A DNA stretch of 64,000 nucleotides from NCBI GenBank assembly GCA_035502035.1, contig DATJUZ010000028.1:1639-65638 (forward strand), given 5' to 3'. This DNA is from Thermoplasmata archaeon. GTDB taxonomy: Archaea > Thermoplasmatota > Thermoplasmata > Lutacidiplasmatales > UBA184. Both the position numbers and the translations under genes were made by a program. Of the stretch, positions 26,405 to 35,291 are shown piece after piece; position 1 is the first letter of the stretch; each line of letters starts with the position of its first letter. The notes beneath the pieces are model-generated. The model was not told the origin of the DNA. It saw only the letters and a program-made list of their open reading frames with translations, and did no database searches.

Positions 26405-26979
26405 CCGCCGGACGGGCGGCGGAGCGCGATCCCCCGCAGGCCCCGGATCAGGTCCGCCTTCGTGACGATCCCGTCCAGGACCCCCCGGCTCGCGACCAGC
26501 ACCGCGGGGTAGCGGGTGAGCAGCGCCGGCAGGAGGTCGGCGGGAAAGCTCGCGTCCACGACCGGGTAGCTCGGCTCGAGGATGTCGCGCACCCGGACCC
26601 GCCGCGACGCGGGCGTCTGCAACGCGCGCAGCACCGACGCCTCGGAGACGGAGCCGATCGGGCGTCCGTCCTCGACGACCGGCAACTGCGAGAACCCGCC
26701 GGCCTCGAGCCGGCGGCTCGCCTCCGCGAGGGAGGAGGACGGCTCGACGCTGATCAGCGGCCGTCGGAGGACGTCCTGGGTCGTGAGGCGAGGGCTCGCG
26801 AGCGCCTCCCGGCCGTCCAGGTAGGCGACGACCTTCTGGACCAGGTCGTACGACGGCCGGATCCGTCCCCGCTCGATCCGCGAGACCGTCGCGGTGCTCC
26901 GTCCCACGGCGCGGGCGAGCTCGCCGAGCGGGATCCCCAGGGCGAGGCGCCGGCGGCGCAGCTCGGCGAGCGACTCCAC
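26401..26979 (-). CDS. XRE-type HTH regulator fused to a CBS domain pair
   Basis: The HTH is LGELARAVGRSTATVSRIERG, followed by FSQLPVVEDGRPIGSVSEASVL and a second CBS repeat. Confidence 0.8.
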   Translation of the reverse strand: MESLAELRRRRLALGIPLGELARAVGRSTATVSRIERGRIRPSYDLVQKVVAYLDGREALASPRLTTQDVLRRPLISVEPSSSLAEASRRLEAGGFSQLPVVEDGRPIGSVSEASVLRALQTPASRRVRVRDILEPSYPVVDASFPADLLPALLTRYPAVLVASRGVLDGIVTKADLIRGLRGIALRRPSGG

Positions 26980-27095
26980 GGGGGCCGGACCGCTCCGTGG
27001 TCTATCAAGGCCGTCGCTCGGCGCGGTCCCCCGGCAGCCAGGCCGGACGGGCGAAAGGTAAAGGAACCGCCTTGTCCTTGGCCTCCGTCGGGGAC

Positions 27096-27356
27096 ATGGT
27101 CTCGCCGCCGCGCCGGATCTCCTGGATCGCGCCGCCGCCGGAGATCTGCTCGCTCTGCAAGGAGCCGCTCGGCGCCCCGGAGGAGACGAGCTCCTGGAAC
27201 GGACGGCCTGCGCATCGCGACTGCGTCCGGATCCACCTGATGCAGCGCGACCCGGCGTTCCGCGGCTCCGCCGCTGCCGAGGAGCCGACCGAGGAAGCGG
27301 AGGAGTCGTTCGATGGCGTCCTCCCGCGCGACGACGACGACGGCGACTTCGAGTGA
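27096..27356 (+). CDS. Small putative zinc-binding protein with an acidic tail (86 aa)
   Basis: MVSPPRR...CSLC...HRDC...EEPTEEAEESFDGVLPRDDDDGDFE carries a CxxC plus HxxC pair. Divergent from the HTH-CBS gene. Coding status is uncertain. Confidence 0.35.
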   Translation: MVSPPRRISWIAPPPEICSLCKEPLGAPEETSSWNGRPAHRDCVRIHLMQRDPAFRGSAAAEEPTEEAEESFDGVLPRDDDDGDFE

Positions 27357-27704
27357 TCCGCCGCGGACCCGGGCGGCCTGGGGACGGGCCTCAGGGACGG
27401 GCCGGCCGGCTCGACCCCCGCGGTCATCCCTTCCCGCTCTCCGCTTCCACCGTCCGGGACGGTCGCTGCCCGCCGCTCTAGAATCGTCTCGCGACAAGCT
27501 CGGCGAGGGCGTCCGGGTCGAGCCGGTGAGGTGCTCCCCGCCCCACCGCCCTCCCGGGAACGGAGCGGGAGGACGGGGGCCGGCCGTGGGTTCTCGAGCA
27601 GCGGAGGGATGTTCGAGCCGCGCTCGGGGCGCCCCGGTCGAGCCGGGGAGGGAGCAGGAGGCGCCGTAGGGCCGAAGCGGGTGCCCCGCCGACCGAGGCG
27701 AGCA

Positions 27705-27712
27705 CTTTAAAA
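27705..27712 (+). promoter_or_regulatory. TATA box (CTTTAAAA) for the radical SAM gene
   Basis: A strong AT box in a GC-rich spacer. GGGAGGT lies 8-9 nt before ATG 27763. Confidence 0.45.
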
Positions 27713-27762
27713 CCCCGATAGGGTGGATGGAGGAACCCCGCCCTGCGGGGAGGTCGGTATCG

Positions 27763-29355
27763 ATGCCGGAGGTCGTCATCACGTGCGACTGGACGATGAT
27801 GAGCAACCACCACGGGAAGGAGTTCCTCGGCTTCGGCACGACGACGCCCGCCTACGTCTTTCCGGAGTCGGTCTACCAGCGCCTCTTCTACCCGGAGATG
27901 CCGGTCGACGAGCACGGCTACCCGCGCCAGGCGCCATACGGGATGCGGAAGATCGAGGCGTCCCTGCTCGACGCCGGGGTCGATGCGCGGATCGTTCACC
28001 CGGCGCACCTCGAGAAGTACATGCCGGGCGAGGCGAAGGTCCTCCTCGTCTCCGGCCACGACTACTTCGGGCTCAACCCGCCGAGCTCGACGTTCGGCGG
28101 CGTGATGCACAAGGAGACGCTCAACTGCGTGAACTTCAAGCGGATGCTGAGCCAGCCGGCGGTCGTCGAGGCGCGCAAGCGCGGCCTCAAGATCATCGCC
28201 GGGGGGCCGTGCGCCTGGCAGCTGTCGCCCGCGACGCGGACGAAGCTGCCGTGGATCCAGGAGTTCGTCGACTCGATCGGAGGGATCGACTCGGTCGTCG
28301 AGGGCGAGAGCGACCTCTACGTGCGCGACATCGTCGGCAAGGCGCTGCGGGACGAGTTCCTCCCCCCGCACGTCATCCTCACGCCGAAGGACGCGCCGAA
28401 GGTCGAGCAGATCAGCTCGATCCGCTACCCGAGCGTCAACGGGCTCATCGAGATCGGACGCGGCTGCTGCCGCGGGTGCTCGTTCTGCTCGGTGACGACC
28501 CGCCCGACGCGGTGGTATCCGCTCTCCAAGATCGAGGAGGAGCTCAAGATCAACGCCGCGATCGGGGTGCGCAAGGGCCTGCTGCACTCGGACGACGTCT
28601 ACTTCTACGGCAGCCCGAACGTGATGCCCCACGAGGACAAGCTGCTCCCGCTCCTCGCGCTCGCCAAGCGGTACTACGAGCAGGTCGGCTGGAGCCACGT
28701 TGCCGTCGCGAGCCTGATGACGAAGCCGAAGCTGCTCTCGAAGTGCGCCGAGATCCTCATCGACGACAAGCAGAACTGGTGGGGCGTCGAGGTCGGCGTC
28801 GAGACCGGTTCGCCCCGCATGATCACCGCGGCGATGCCCGGGAAGGTCGCGCCGTTCAAGGCCTCCCAGTGGCCGGAGCTCGTCGTCCAGGCGGCCGGCC
28901 TGATGAACGACAACCACGTCTACCCGGCGTGCACGTTCATCGTCGGGCTCCCCCAGGAGACCGAGGAGGACGTCCAGCGGACGATCGACCTCATCGACGA
29001 CCTCTGGGACTTCAAGGCGCTGCTCGTGCCGATGTTCTTCGTGCCGCTCGGCCACCTCAAGTCCAAGGACTGGTTCCGCCGCGACCGCCTCTCTCCCCTG
29101 CAGGAGGAGCTCCTCAAGCGCGCGCTGACCCACGGGCTGCGCCAGTCCAAGGTGATGCTCGAGGACTTCTTCGACTGGGAGGGGAACCACACCCGCCTCT
29201 ACCGCGGGGCGTTCCGCGGGTTCATCGCCTTCCTCGAGGGGATCGCGAAGATGCACGGGCTGCTCAGCCCGTCCGTCCGTCCGGGTCGCGAGATCGTCGA
29301 CCCGAACCGCACGCCCGACCGGCTGCCGGTCCCGACGATCCCGGTCCGCGAGTAG
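27763..29355 (+). CDS. B12-binding-domain-like / radical SAM protein (archaeal orphan family)
   Basis: The CX3CX2C cluster motif is GRGCCRGCSFCS. The N-terminal region is Rossmann-like (KVLLVSGHDYFG, LKIIAGGP). 530 aa. I prefer ATG 27763 over 27727. Confidence 0.85.
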   Translation: MPEVVITCDWTMMSNHHGKEFLGFGTTTPAYVFPESVYQRLFYPEMPVDEHGYPRQAPYGMRKIEASLLDAGVDARIVHPAHLEKYMPGEAKVLLVSGHDYFGLNPPSSTFGGVMHKETLNCVNFKRMLSQPAVVEARKRGLKIIAGGPCAWQLSPATRTKLPWIQEFVDSIGGIDSVVEGESDLYVRDIVGKALRDEFLPPHVILTPKDAPKVEQISSIRYPSVNGLIEIGRGCCRGCSFCSVTTRPTRWYPLSKIEEELKINAAIGVRKGLLHSDDVYFYGSPNVMPHEDKLLPLLALAKRYYEQVGWSHVAVASLMTKPKLLSKCAEILIDDKQNWWGVEVGVETGSPRMITAAMPGKVAPFKASQWPELVVQAAGLMNDNHVYPACTFIVGLPQETEEDVQRTIDLIDDLWDFKALLVPMFFVPLGHLKSKDWFRRDRLSPLQEELLKRALTHGLRQSKVMLEDFFDWEGNHTRLYRGAFRGFIAFLEGIAKMHGLLSPSVRPGREIVDPNRTPDRLPVPTIPVRE

Positions 29356-29368
29356 GCCGGTCCGCCCG

Positions 29369-29887
29369 TTACGGTTCGTCGTCGTCGAGAGGGGGCCGCG
29401 CGCCGGTCGGGAGCGGCCGCACCGGGTAGGTCTGCCTCCGCACGAGCGGGTCCCCGCGGCGGTCGACGACGTCCAGGTGGGTCTCCTCGCCGTTCCCGTC
29501 GTACGCCCGCCAGGAGCCCGGTCCGAACGGCGAGCCGAGGATCAGGTGTCGCCGGCCCCAGCTCCGGAACAGACGAAGGTCGGCGCCGGACGGGTGGAGC
29601 GCGCCGGACGGGTGCGAGTGCACCGAACCGACGACCGTGAGATCGGCCGGCAGCATGTAGAGGTGGAAGTTCGCGTGGCGGCGGCCGGCGGTCCCGCCGG
29701 GGACGAGGAGCAGCTCGGAGATGACCCCGGGAGGGTCGGCGCGGAGCACGCCGCCGAACTCGTTCGGGTAGGCCGAGCGCCCGCTCGCGAGCGCGCTGTC
29801 GAGCGCGTGCCGGGTGATCGCCGTCGGGGTCGCCCCGAGGCGGGGGCCACCGGGAGGGCGCTTACGGCTCGGGCGGAAGAACGGCAA
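29369..29887 (-). CDS. JAMM/MPN+ metalloprotease
   Basis: The JAMM motif GSVHSHPSGALHPSGADL (HxHx7Sx2D) is present, with an upstream E in NEFGG. The start overlaps the nadK 3' end by 26 nt. Confidence 0.8.
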   Translation of the reverse strand: MPFFRPSRKRPPGGPRLGATPTAITRHALDSALASGRSAYPNEFGGVLRADPPGVISELLLVPGGTAGRRHANFHLYMLPADLTVVGSVHSHPSGALHPSGADLRLFRSWGRRHLILGSPFGPGSWRAYDGNGEETHLDVVDRRGDPLVRRQTYPVRPLPTGARPPLDDDEP

Positions 29888-30734
29888 CGCCCCCGACCTC
29901 CGCTTCCTCGCTCCAGGGCAGGATCCGCTTGCCGCGCAGTCGGTCGAAGAACGTCGTGCCGAACCGGACGAGCGAGGCGCGTCGCGGGGAGCGGTAGATC
30001 GTCACCGCGCCGTCCGGGGGGACCGGGAACTCCCCGGCGCCGTCGGCGAGGACAACGCACGTCCCCGCCCCGCCGCGCGAGCGGATCCGCAGCGTCCGCA
30101 GCGAGCCGAGGACCAGCGCCCGCGCCTCGGCGCGGAACGGCGCGATCGCGGTGAGCACGAAGCCGTCGACCTCCGGTTCGACGATCGGGCCGAACGAGCT
30201 GAGCGCGTAGGCCGTCGAGCCGGTCGGCGTCGCGACGATCAGGCCGTCGGCGCGCGTGAAGCCGGCGGGCCGGCCGTCGAAGGCGAGCTCGAAGGCGCCC
30301 ATCTTGCCGACCTGCGTGGCGTGGACGACGTACTCGTTCGTCGCGTCCGGGAGCGGCCGCCCGTCGACCTCGGCGGCGAGCTTCGTCCGCTCCTCGACGA
30401 AGTAGCGGCGCTCGAGCAGCCGGGTCACCGCCCCGTCGACCTCTCCCGGCCGGCGGGCGTCGACCTCGGCGAGGACGCCGAGCGTCCCGGCGTTCACGGG
30501 CAGGAGCGGGAGGCTCGTGCGCCGGAGCGCGTGGAGGAACGTCCCGTCCCCCCCGACCGCGACGACGACCTCCCCCTCGAGCTGCGCCCACGGGAGGTGC
30601 GGCAGCTCCGGAGCGACCGCGCCGAGCTCCTCGGTGAGGGCGACCGACGCCCGGTCCCCGATCGATCGACGGATCTGCTCGACGAGCGCGACCGCGGCGG
30701 GCCGGTTCGGGTTCGCGTGGAGGACGAGCTTCAC
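29862..30734 (-). CDS. nadK: NAD kinase
   Basis: Motifs are GGDGTFLH and NAGTLGVL. GTG 30734 overlaps the upstream stop (GTGA). The track ORF's extension to 31127 is out of context. Confidence 0.85.
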   Translation of the reverse strand: MKLVLHANPNRPAAVALVEQIRRSIGDRASVALTEELGAVAPELPHLPWAQLEGEVVVAVGGDGTFLHALRRTSLPLLPVNAGTLGVLAEVDARRPGEVDGAVTRLLERRYFVEERTKLAAEVDGRPLPDATNEYVVHATQVGKMGAFELAFDGRPAGFTRADGLIVATPTGSTAYALSSFGPIVEPEVDGFVLTAIAPFRAEARALVLGSLRTLRIRSRGGAGTCVVLADGAGEFPVPPDGAVTIYRSPRRASLVRFGTTFFDRLRGKRILPWSEEAEVGGVAVLPPEP

Positions 30735-31543
30735 GACGATCCGGCCCCCCAGACGGTACGGCCGAGCGCGGGGTCTCCCCAGGCAAGGACGGTCGTCCGG
30801 CGCTCGACGCCCAGGGGGAACCCCTCGAGCGAACCTCCGTCGGCGTCGCTCGCGCCTCCGCCGGCCTCGAGGAGGATGCGGTAGGCCGCGGCGATGTCGG
30901 TCGCCCGCAGGTTGCGGCCAGCGTCCGCGTTCTCGAAGACGTAGGCGTCCGCGGCGCCCTCCGCGACCAGGGAGAGCTCGAGGGACGCGCAGCCGATCGC
31001 GCGCACCCGTCGGGCCCGCCCGACGAGCGCGGCCGAGCGGGCGCTCGCGGCCCGGCCGAGGTTGACGAGCAGGAGCTCGCCGCGACCGCTCCACGGCCGG
31101 GTGCGGATCCGTCGGCCGTCGCGCCACGCACCCCCGCCGCGGACCGCCCAGTACGTCGTCCCCCGCGCGAGGTCGCGTACGAGGCCGACCTCGACCCCGG
31201 CCAGGTCGCGGGCACCGAGGGCGAGGGAGACGCTCGAGAACGGGAGGTTGCGCACGGCGTTTGCCGTGCCGTCGATAGGGTCGACGACGAGCGTGCGGGA
31301 GCCTCCACGCGCGACGGACCCGATCTCCTCCGAGACGACGTTCCAGTCGACCCCCTCCGCGTCCAGCGCGGCGAGGATCGCGCTCTCGGCGAGGCGGTCG
31401 ACCTCCTCGGTCGGCGTCCCGGTCGCTCCCATCGCCACGACGTCCCCCCGGTGCGGCGAGCCGGCGCTGTCGCGGACGACGCGCTCGACCGCGAGGCCGA
31501 GGCGGTGGAGGATGCCGAGGTCGCGCTCGGGGTCGGCCGGCAC
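30731..31543 (-). CDS. Inositol monophosphatase / FBPase family phosphatase (candidate NADP phosphatase)
   Basis: Family signatures are VVDPIDGTANA and ATDIAAAYRILLEAGG. 270 aa. Confidence 0.85.
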   Translation of the reverse strand: MPADPERDLGILHRLGLAVERVVRDSAGSPHRGDVVAMGATGTPTEEVDRLAESAILAALDAEGVDWNVVSEEIGSVARGGSRTLVVDPIDGTANAVRNLPFSSVSLALGARDLAGVEVGLVRDLARGTTYWAVRGGGAWRDGRRIRTRPWSGRGELLLVNLGRAASARSAALVGRARRVRAIGCASLELSLVAEGAADAYVFENADAGRNLRATDIAAAYRILLEAGGGASDADGGSLEGFPLGVERRTTVLAWGDPALGRTVWGAGSS

Positions 31544-31635
31544 GGGCCGGTCGAGCCGGCCGGGGGCAAAAAGCGGCCGGGTCGCCGCGTCGGCCGCGAG
31601 GCCAGCGTTATCTCGGCGGGCCGTTCCGCCGCGCG

Positions 31636-32868
31636 ATGGAACTCCGATTCCTCGGGGGCGCCTCGGAGGTCGGCTCGCTCGGGCTGGTCGTCCGCGACCA
31701 GGGCCGCACGCTCCTGTTCGACTACGGCATGACCCCGACCGACCCGCCGACGTACCCGCGGCCGGCCCCGACGAACATCGACGTCGCCTTCCTCTCCCAC
31801 GCCCACCTCGACCACTCCGGCATGACGCCCCTCCTGAGCCGGCTCCCGCGCAGCAAGATCGTCGCCACCCCCGTGACGGGGGCGGTCGCCGACCTCCTGA
31901 CCAAGGACGCGCTGAAGGTCGCCCGGCTCGAGGGCTACCTCCCGCCGTACTCGCCGAGCGACATCCACGCGCTGCACAGCCGGTTCACCGCGCTCGACCG
32001 CCACGCGACCTTCCGCCAGCGGGGCATGGAGGTCGAGCTGACCCCGGCGGGTCACATCCCCGGCGCGACGATGGCCCTCTACCGGGGCGAGAAGGACCTC
32101 CTGTTCACCGGCGACCTGCAGACGATCCCGACCCACCTGGTCGGGGGGGCCGAGCCGCTCGAGTGCGACGTGCTCGTCATGGAGTCGACCTACGCCGGTC
32201 GGGAGCATCCGGACCGCCGCGAGACCGAGCGGAAGTTCCGGGACAAGGTCGCGGAGACCGTCGAGCGCGGCGGCAAGGCGATCGTCCCCGCGTTCGCCGT
32301 CGGCCGGGCCCAGGAGGTGCTGATGACGCTCGCCCACTCCGGCTACACGACCTACCTCGACGGGATGGCCCGGGCGGTCAACGAGATCTACCTCGCCGCC
32401 CCGGAGTACCTCGCCGACGCCCGCCGCTTCCGCCAGGCGCTCGAGGGAGTGCACGTCGTCGAGCACTCGGGCGAGCGGCGGCACGCCCTCCAGGACGCGG
32501 AGGTGATCGTGACGACCGGCGGCATGCTCGACGGCGGGCCGGTCCTGTACTACCTCGGCGAGCTCTACCGCGACCCGCGCACGTCGATCCTGCTCACCGG
32601 TTACCAGGTCGAGGGGTCGAACGGCCGGCAGCTGCTCGAGGAGGGGACGCTCACGATCGACGACACGACGATCCGCCCGCTCGGGGACGTCGTGAAGTAC
32701 GACTTCTCCGCCCACGCCGGCCACTCCGACCTCGTGCGCCTCGCGAAGGAGTCGCGCGCGCGCACCGTCGTGCTCATGCACGGCGACCAGCGCGAGGCTC
32801 TGCGCACGTCGCTCGAGCCGTTCTGCGAGGTCCTGCTGCCGGCGAACGGCCGACCGTTCACCCTGTGA
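31636..32868 (+). CDS. Metallo-beta-lactamase / beta-CASP ribonuclease (short, aCPSF2-like, no KH domains)
   Basis: Motifs are HAHLDHSG, VMESTYAG and SAHAGHSDL. 410 aa. Confidence 0.85.
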   Translation: MELRFLGGASEVGSLGLVVRDQGRTLLFDYGMTPTDPPTYPRPAPTNIDVAFLSHAHLDHSGMTPLLSRLPRSKIVATPVTGAVADLLTKDALKVARLEGYLPPYSPSDIHALHSRFTALDRHATFRQRGMEVELTPAGHIPGATMALYRGEKDLLFTGDLQTIPTHLVGGAEPLECDVLVMESTYAGREHPDRRETERKFRDKVAETVERGGKAIVPAFAVGRAQEVLMTLAHSGYTTYLDGMARAVNEIYLAAPEYLADARRFRQALEGVHVVEHSGERRHALQDAEVIVTTGGMLDGGPVLYYLGELYRDPRTSILLTGYQVEGSNGRQLLEEGTLTIDDTTIRPLGDVVKYDFSAHAGHSDLVRLAKESRARTVVLMHGDQREALRTSLEPFCEVLLPANGRPFTL

Positions 32869-33658
32869 CGGCGCGGCCGCCGACGGCCGCCGGCTCCCAG
32901 AGCGAGGGCTCGAGGAGCTCGTCCAGGCGGTCGATCACGCGGACCGCGCTCGTTCCCGGGAGGGGGTCCGGGACGCTCGGATACAGCCCCTCCGGGTACC
33001 GGTGCCAGAGCCCCCGGTAGAGCACGGCGCCGCAACCGGCGGCGATCGCCCCCTCGACGTCGAGCTCCCACCGGTCCCCCACGTGCAGGATCCTCTCGAC
33101 CGGGACCCCGAGGCAGCGCGCCGCCTCCCGGAAGATCTTCGGGTCCGGCTTGCGTACCCCGAGGTCCGCGGACGAGACGATCGCCCGGAACGTCGGACGC
33201 CCCGCGCCCCGGAGGAAGGCGGCCCAGGAGGAGGCCCGTCGGCCGGAGTTCGTGACGAGGACGGAGGGGACCCCTCGGCGACCGAGCTCCTCGACGACCC
33301 GGGCCGCCTCGGGATTCATCTCGGGCGGCAGCTCGTGAAGGCCGGCCGAGGAGAACGCCTCGACCGCCGCGGCCGGGTCCCCTACGACGCTCTCCTCGAG
33401 CCGCCCGGCGACCGCCCCGAGGAGCTCGGCGGGATCGGTCGCGACGAGGTCGCCCCCGGCCGCGGAGATGCGCTCGCGGGCGCCGGCGAGCGCGCCGTCG
33501 ATCTCCTCGGGGGAGAGCGCGCGCCCCTCGCGCCGGAGCAGCCGGCCGAGGACCTCGCGACGGGCCGCCTCCCATCGGTCGTCGAAGTCCCCGTCGTGGT
33601 AGACCGTCGTGAACCAGAGGTCGAGGGAGAGCGCGCGGAACGGGCCCGGGGCGGCCAC
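32858..33658 (-). CDS. HAD superfamily hydrolase
   Basis: Motif I-like LSLDLWFTT, plus LVTNSG and HVGDRWELDVEGA. Confidence 0.75.
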   Translation of the reverse strand: MAAPGPFRALSLDLWFTTVYHDGDFDDRWEAARREVLGRLLRREGRALSPEEIDGALAGARERISAAGGDLVATDPAELLGAVAGRLEESVVGDPAAAVEAFSSAGLHELPPEMNPEAARVVEELGRRGVPSVLVTNSGRRASSWAAFLRGAGRPTFRAIVSSADLGVRKPDPKIFREAARCLGVPVERILHVGDRWELDVEGAIAAGCGAVLYRGLWHRYPEGLYPSVPDPLPGTSAVRVIDRLDELLEPSLWEPAAVGGRAVTG

Positions 33659-33714
33659 GGCCCCCGAGCGGCCGGAGGCAGATAACGCGGGAGTCCCGCT
33701 CGGGGCGACCGTCC

Positions 33715-34047
33715 CTACAGGTCGACCTCGACCTCGCCGTCGGCGACGCGCACCGGGTAGACCCGCAGCGGCTCGACCGCCCCCTCGGGCGGGGCGACCC
33801 CGAACGGGTCCGCGCGCACCGCCCCGGTCGCGAGGTCGAACGTCGCGCCGTGGAGCGGGCAGCTCAGCTTGCCGAGGTCGACCGTGCCGTCGGCGAGGTC
33901 CCCCCCGATGTGCGGGCAGGAGCCCTGGACGGCGCGGACCGCCCCGGCGGCCCTGACCAGGACGATCGGGACGTCGCCGAGCGCGACCCCGCGGGGCGCG
34001 TTCTCCGCGAGCTCGGCCTCCGGAACGCCCGTGCGTCGCCAGGTCAT
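33715..34047 (-). CDS. Rieske [2Fe-2S] domain ferredoxin
   Basis: Cluster ligands are CPHIGG ... CPLHGATF. 110 aa. Confidence 0.85.
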   Translation of the reverse strand: MTWRRTGVPEAELAENAPRGVALGDVPIVLVRAAGAVRAVQGSCPHIGGDLADGTVDLGKLSCPLHGATFDLATGAVRADPFGVAPPEGAVEPLRVYPVRVADGEVEVDL

Positions 34048-34067
34048 CGTCCGCCGACCCCGCCCGA

Positions 34068-35153
34068 CTACTTAGGGCGTCGCGAGCGACGCGCGCGCGG
34101 CTCGACCGGCTCGGGAGCGGCAGGCGGCTCCTCCTCGAGCGCCTCCTGCATCGCGGGCATCGGCCCGCGCGGCCGAAGGCGACGCCTCAGCTCCAGCCAG
34201 AGCGCCTCGAGACCCTCGCCGGTCTTCGCCGAGACCTGCAACCGGTCGGACGGGCGCCGCTCGAGGTCGGACTTGGTCTCGACCGGCAGGATGTCGAGGT
34301 CGGGGAACTCCTCACGCCAGCGTGCGAGCAGCGCCTCCTGCTCGTCGAGGGGGTAGCCGGAGCTCCCGCTCGGGTCGAGAACGAACAGCACGACGCTCGC
34401 CACCCGCCGGACGGTCGTTTCCGCCTCGACCTCGGCGGCGTTCGCCCGGCCGCGGCGGCCGAGGACCCCTGGGGTATCGACGACCTGGAGCCGGTCGAAC
34501 CCGAGGTCCGCGTGGCCGACCGCGATCGCCATCGTCGTGAACGGGTACTCGGCGACCTTCGGCCGTGCGCTCGAGAGGCACGCGACCAGGGAGGATTTGC
34601 CGACGTTCGGGAAGCCGGCGACCACGAGACGCGGCAGGTCGATGTCCAGATGCGGTCGCCGACGCAGGTAGCCGCGCGCGGCGCGCAACCCGAGCAGGTC
34701 GGGCTCGACCTCGCGGACGAAGCTCGCGAGCCGGCCGTAGAACTGGCGGACGACCTCGCCGTACTCCTCCGCCCCGGCTCCCTGCTGGATCGCCCGTTCG
34801 GCCTCCTGCTCGATGCCTCGGATCCGCTCCTCCGCCCGACGCAGGCGGTTGAGGTGGCGGTCGACGCGCCCCGGCCCGAGGTGCTGCTCGAGCAGCTCCC
34901 GCTCGAAATCCCCGACCGCCGGCGGCCGCAGGTCCCGCGCCTCGAAGCGCAGCTGCCGGCCCACGGTCGCGGCCGCCCGGACGACCTTGAGCTGCGCCCG
35001 TCGGCGGTCCCGCTCGGGCTTCGTGCGGCCGTGGGGATTGACGAGCGACGCGCGGTGGAAGGCGACCTCCAGCAGCTCCTGGGCTGCCGACGGCGGCGGC
35101 CGCGGGCGGGGAGGGCGCGGCGGGGGGCGGGCGCGAGGAGCTCGGCGTCGCAT
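34068..35153 (-). CDS. NOG1-family GTP-binding protein
   Basis: Motifs are GFPNVGKSS (G1), DTPG (G3) and TKSD (G4), with a NOG1-like helical N-domain. ATG 35153 lies inside track ORF 34068..36245. The exact start is uncertain. Confidence 0.8.
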   Translation of the reverse strand: MRRRAPRARPPPRPPRPRPPPSAAQELLEVAFHRASLVNPHGRTKPERDRRRAQLKVVRAAATVGRQLRFEARDLRPPAVGDFERELLEQHLGPGRVDRHLNRLRRAEERIRGIEQEAERAIQQGAGAEEYGEVVRQFYGRLASFVREVEPDLLGLRAARGYLRRRPHLDIDLPRLVVAGFPNVGKSSLVACLSSARPKVAEYPFTTMAIAVGHADLGFDRLQVVDTPGVLGRRGRANAAEVEAETTVRRVASVVLFVLDPSGSSGYPLDEQEALLARWREEFPDLDILPVETKSDLERRPSDRLQVSAKTGEGLEALWLELRRRLRPRGPMPAMQEALEEEPPAAPEPVEPRARRSRRPK

Positions 35154-35291
35154 CGGGCGCGCGAGGCAGCCGCGGCGGAAGAAGGCGCGCGTCCGGCCCC
35201 GCGGGCACCTCTCGCTCCGTGCGACGGTCCCGCGCGGCCCGACCAACCGATTTATGCGCGAGCCCCGTCGCGCGCCCGGGGGCTGACGGCG

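Noticed and set aside
27357-27704. RiPP-like precursor peptide upstream of the radical SAM gene (e.g. an 18-codon ORF starting at ggagggATGttcgag).
   Set aside because: The SD-like sequence abuts the ATG with no spacer. The peptide (MFEPRSGRPGRAGEGAGGAV) is compositionally indistinguishable from shadow frames, and nothing supports its expression.
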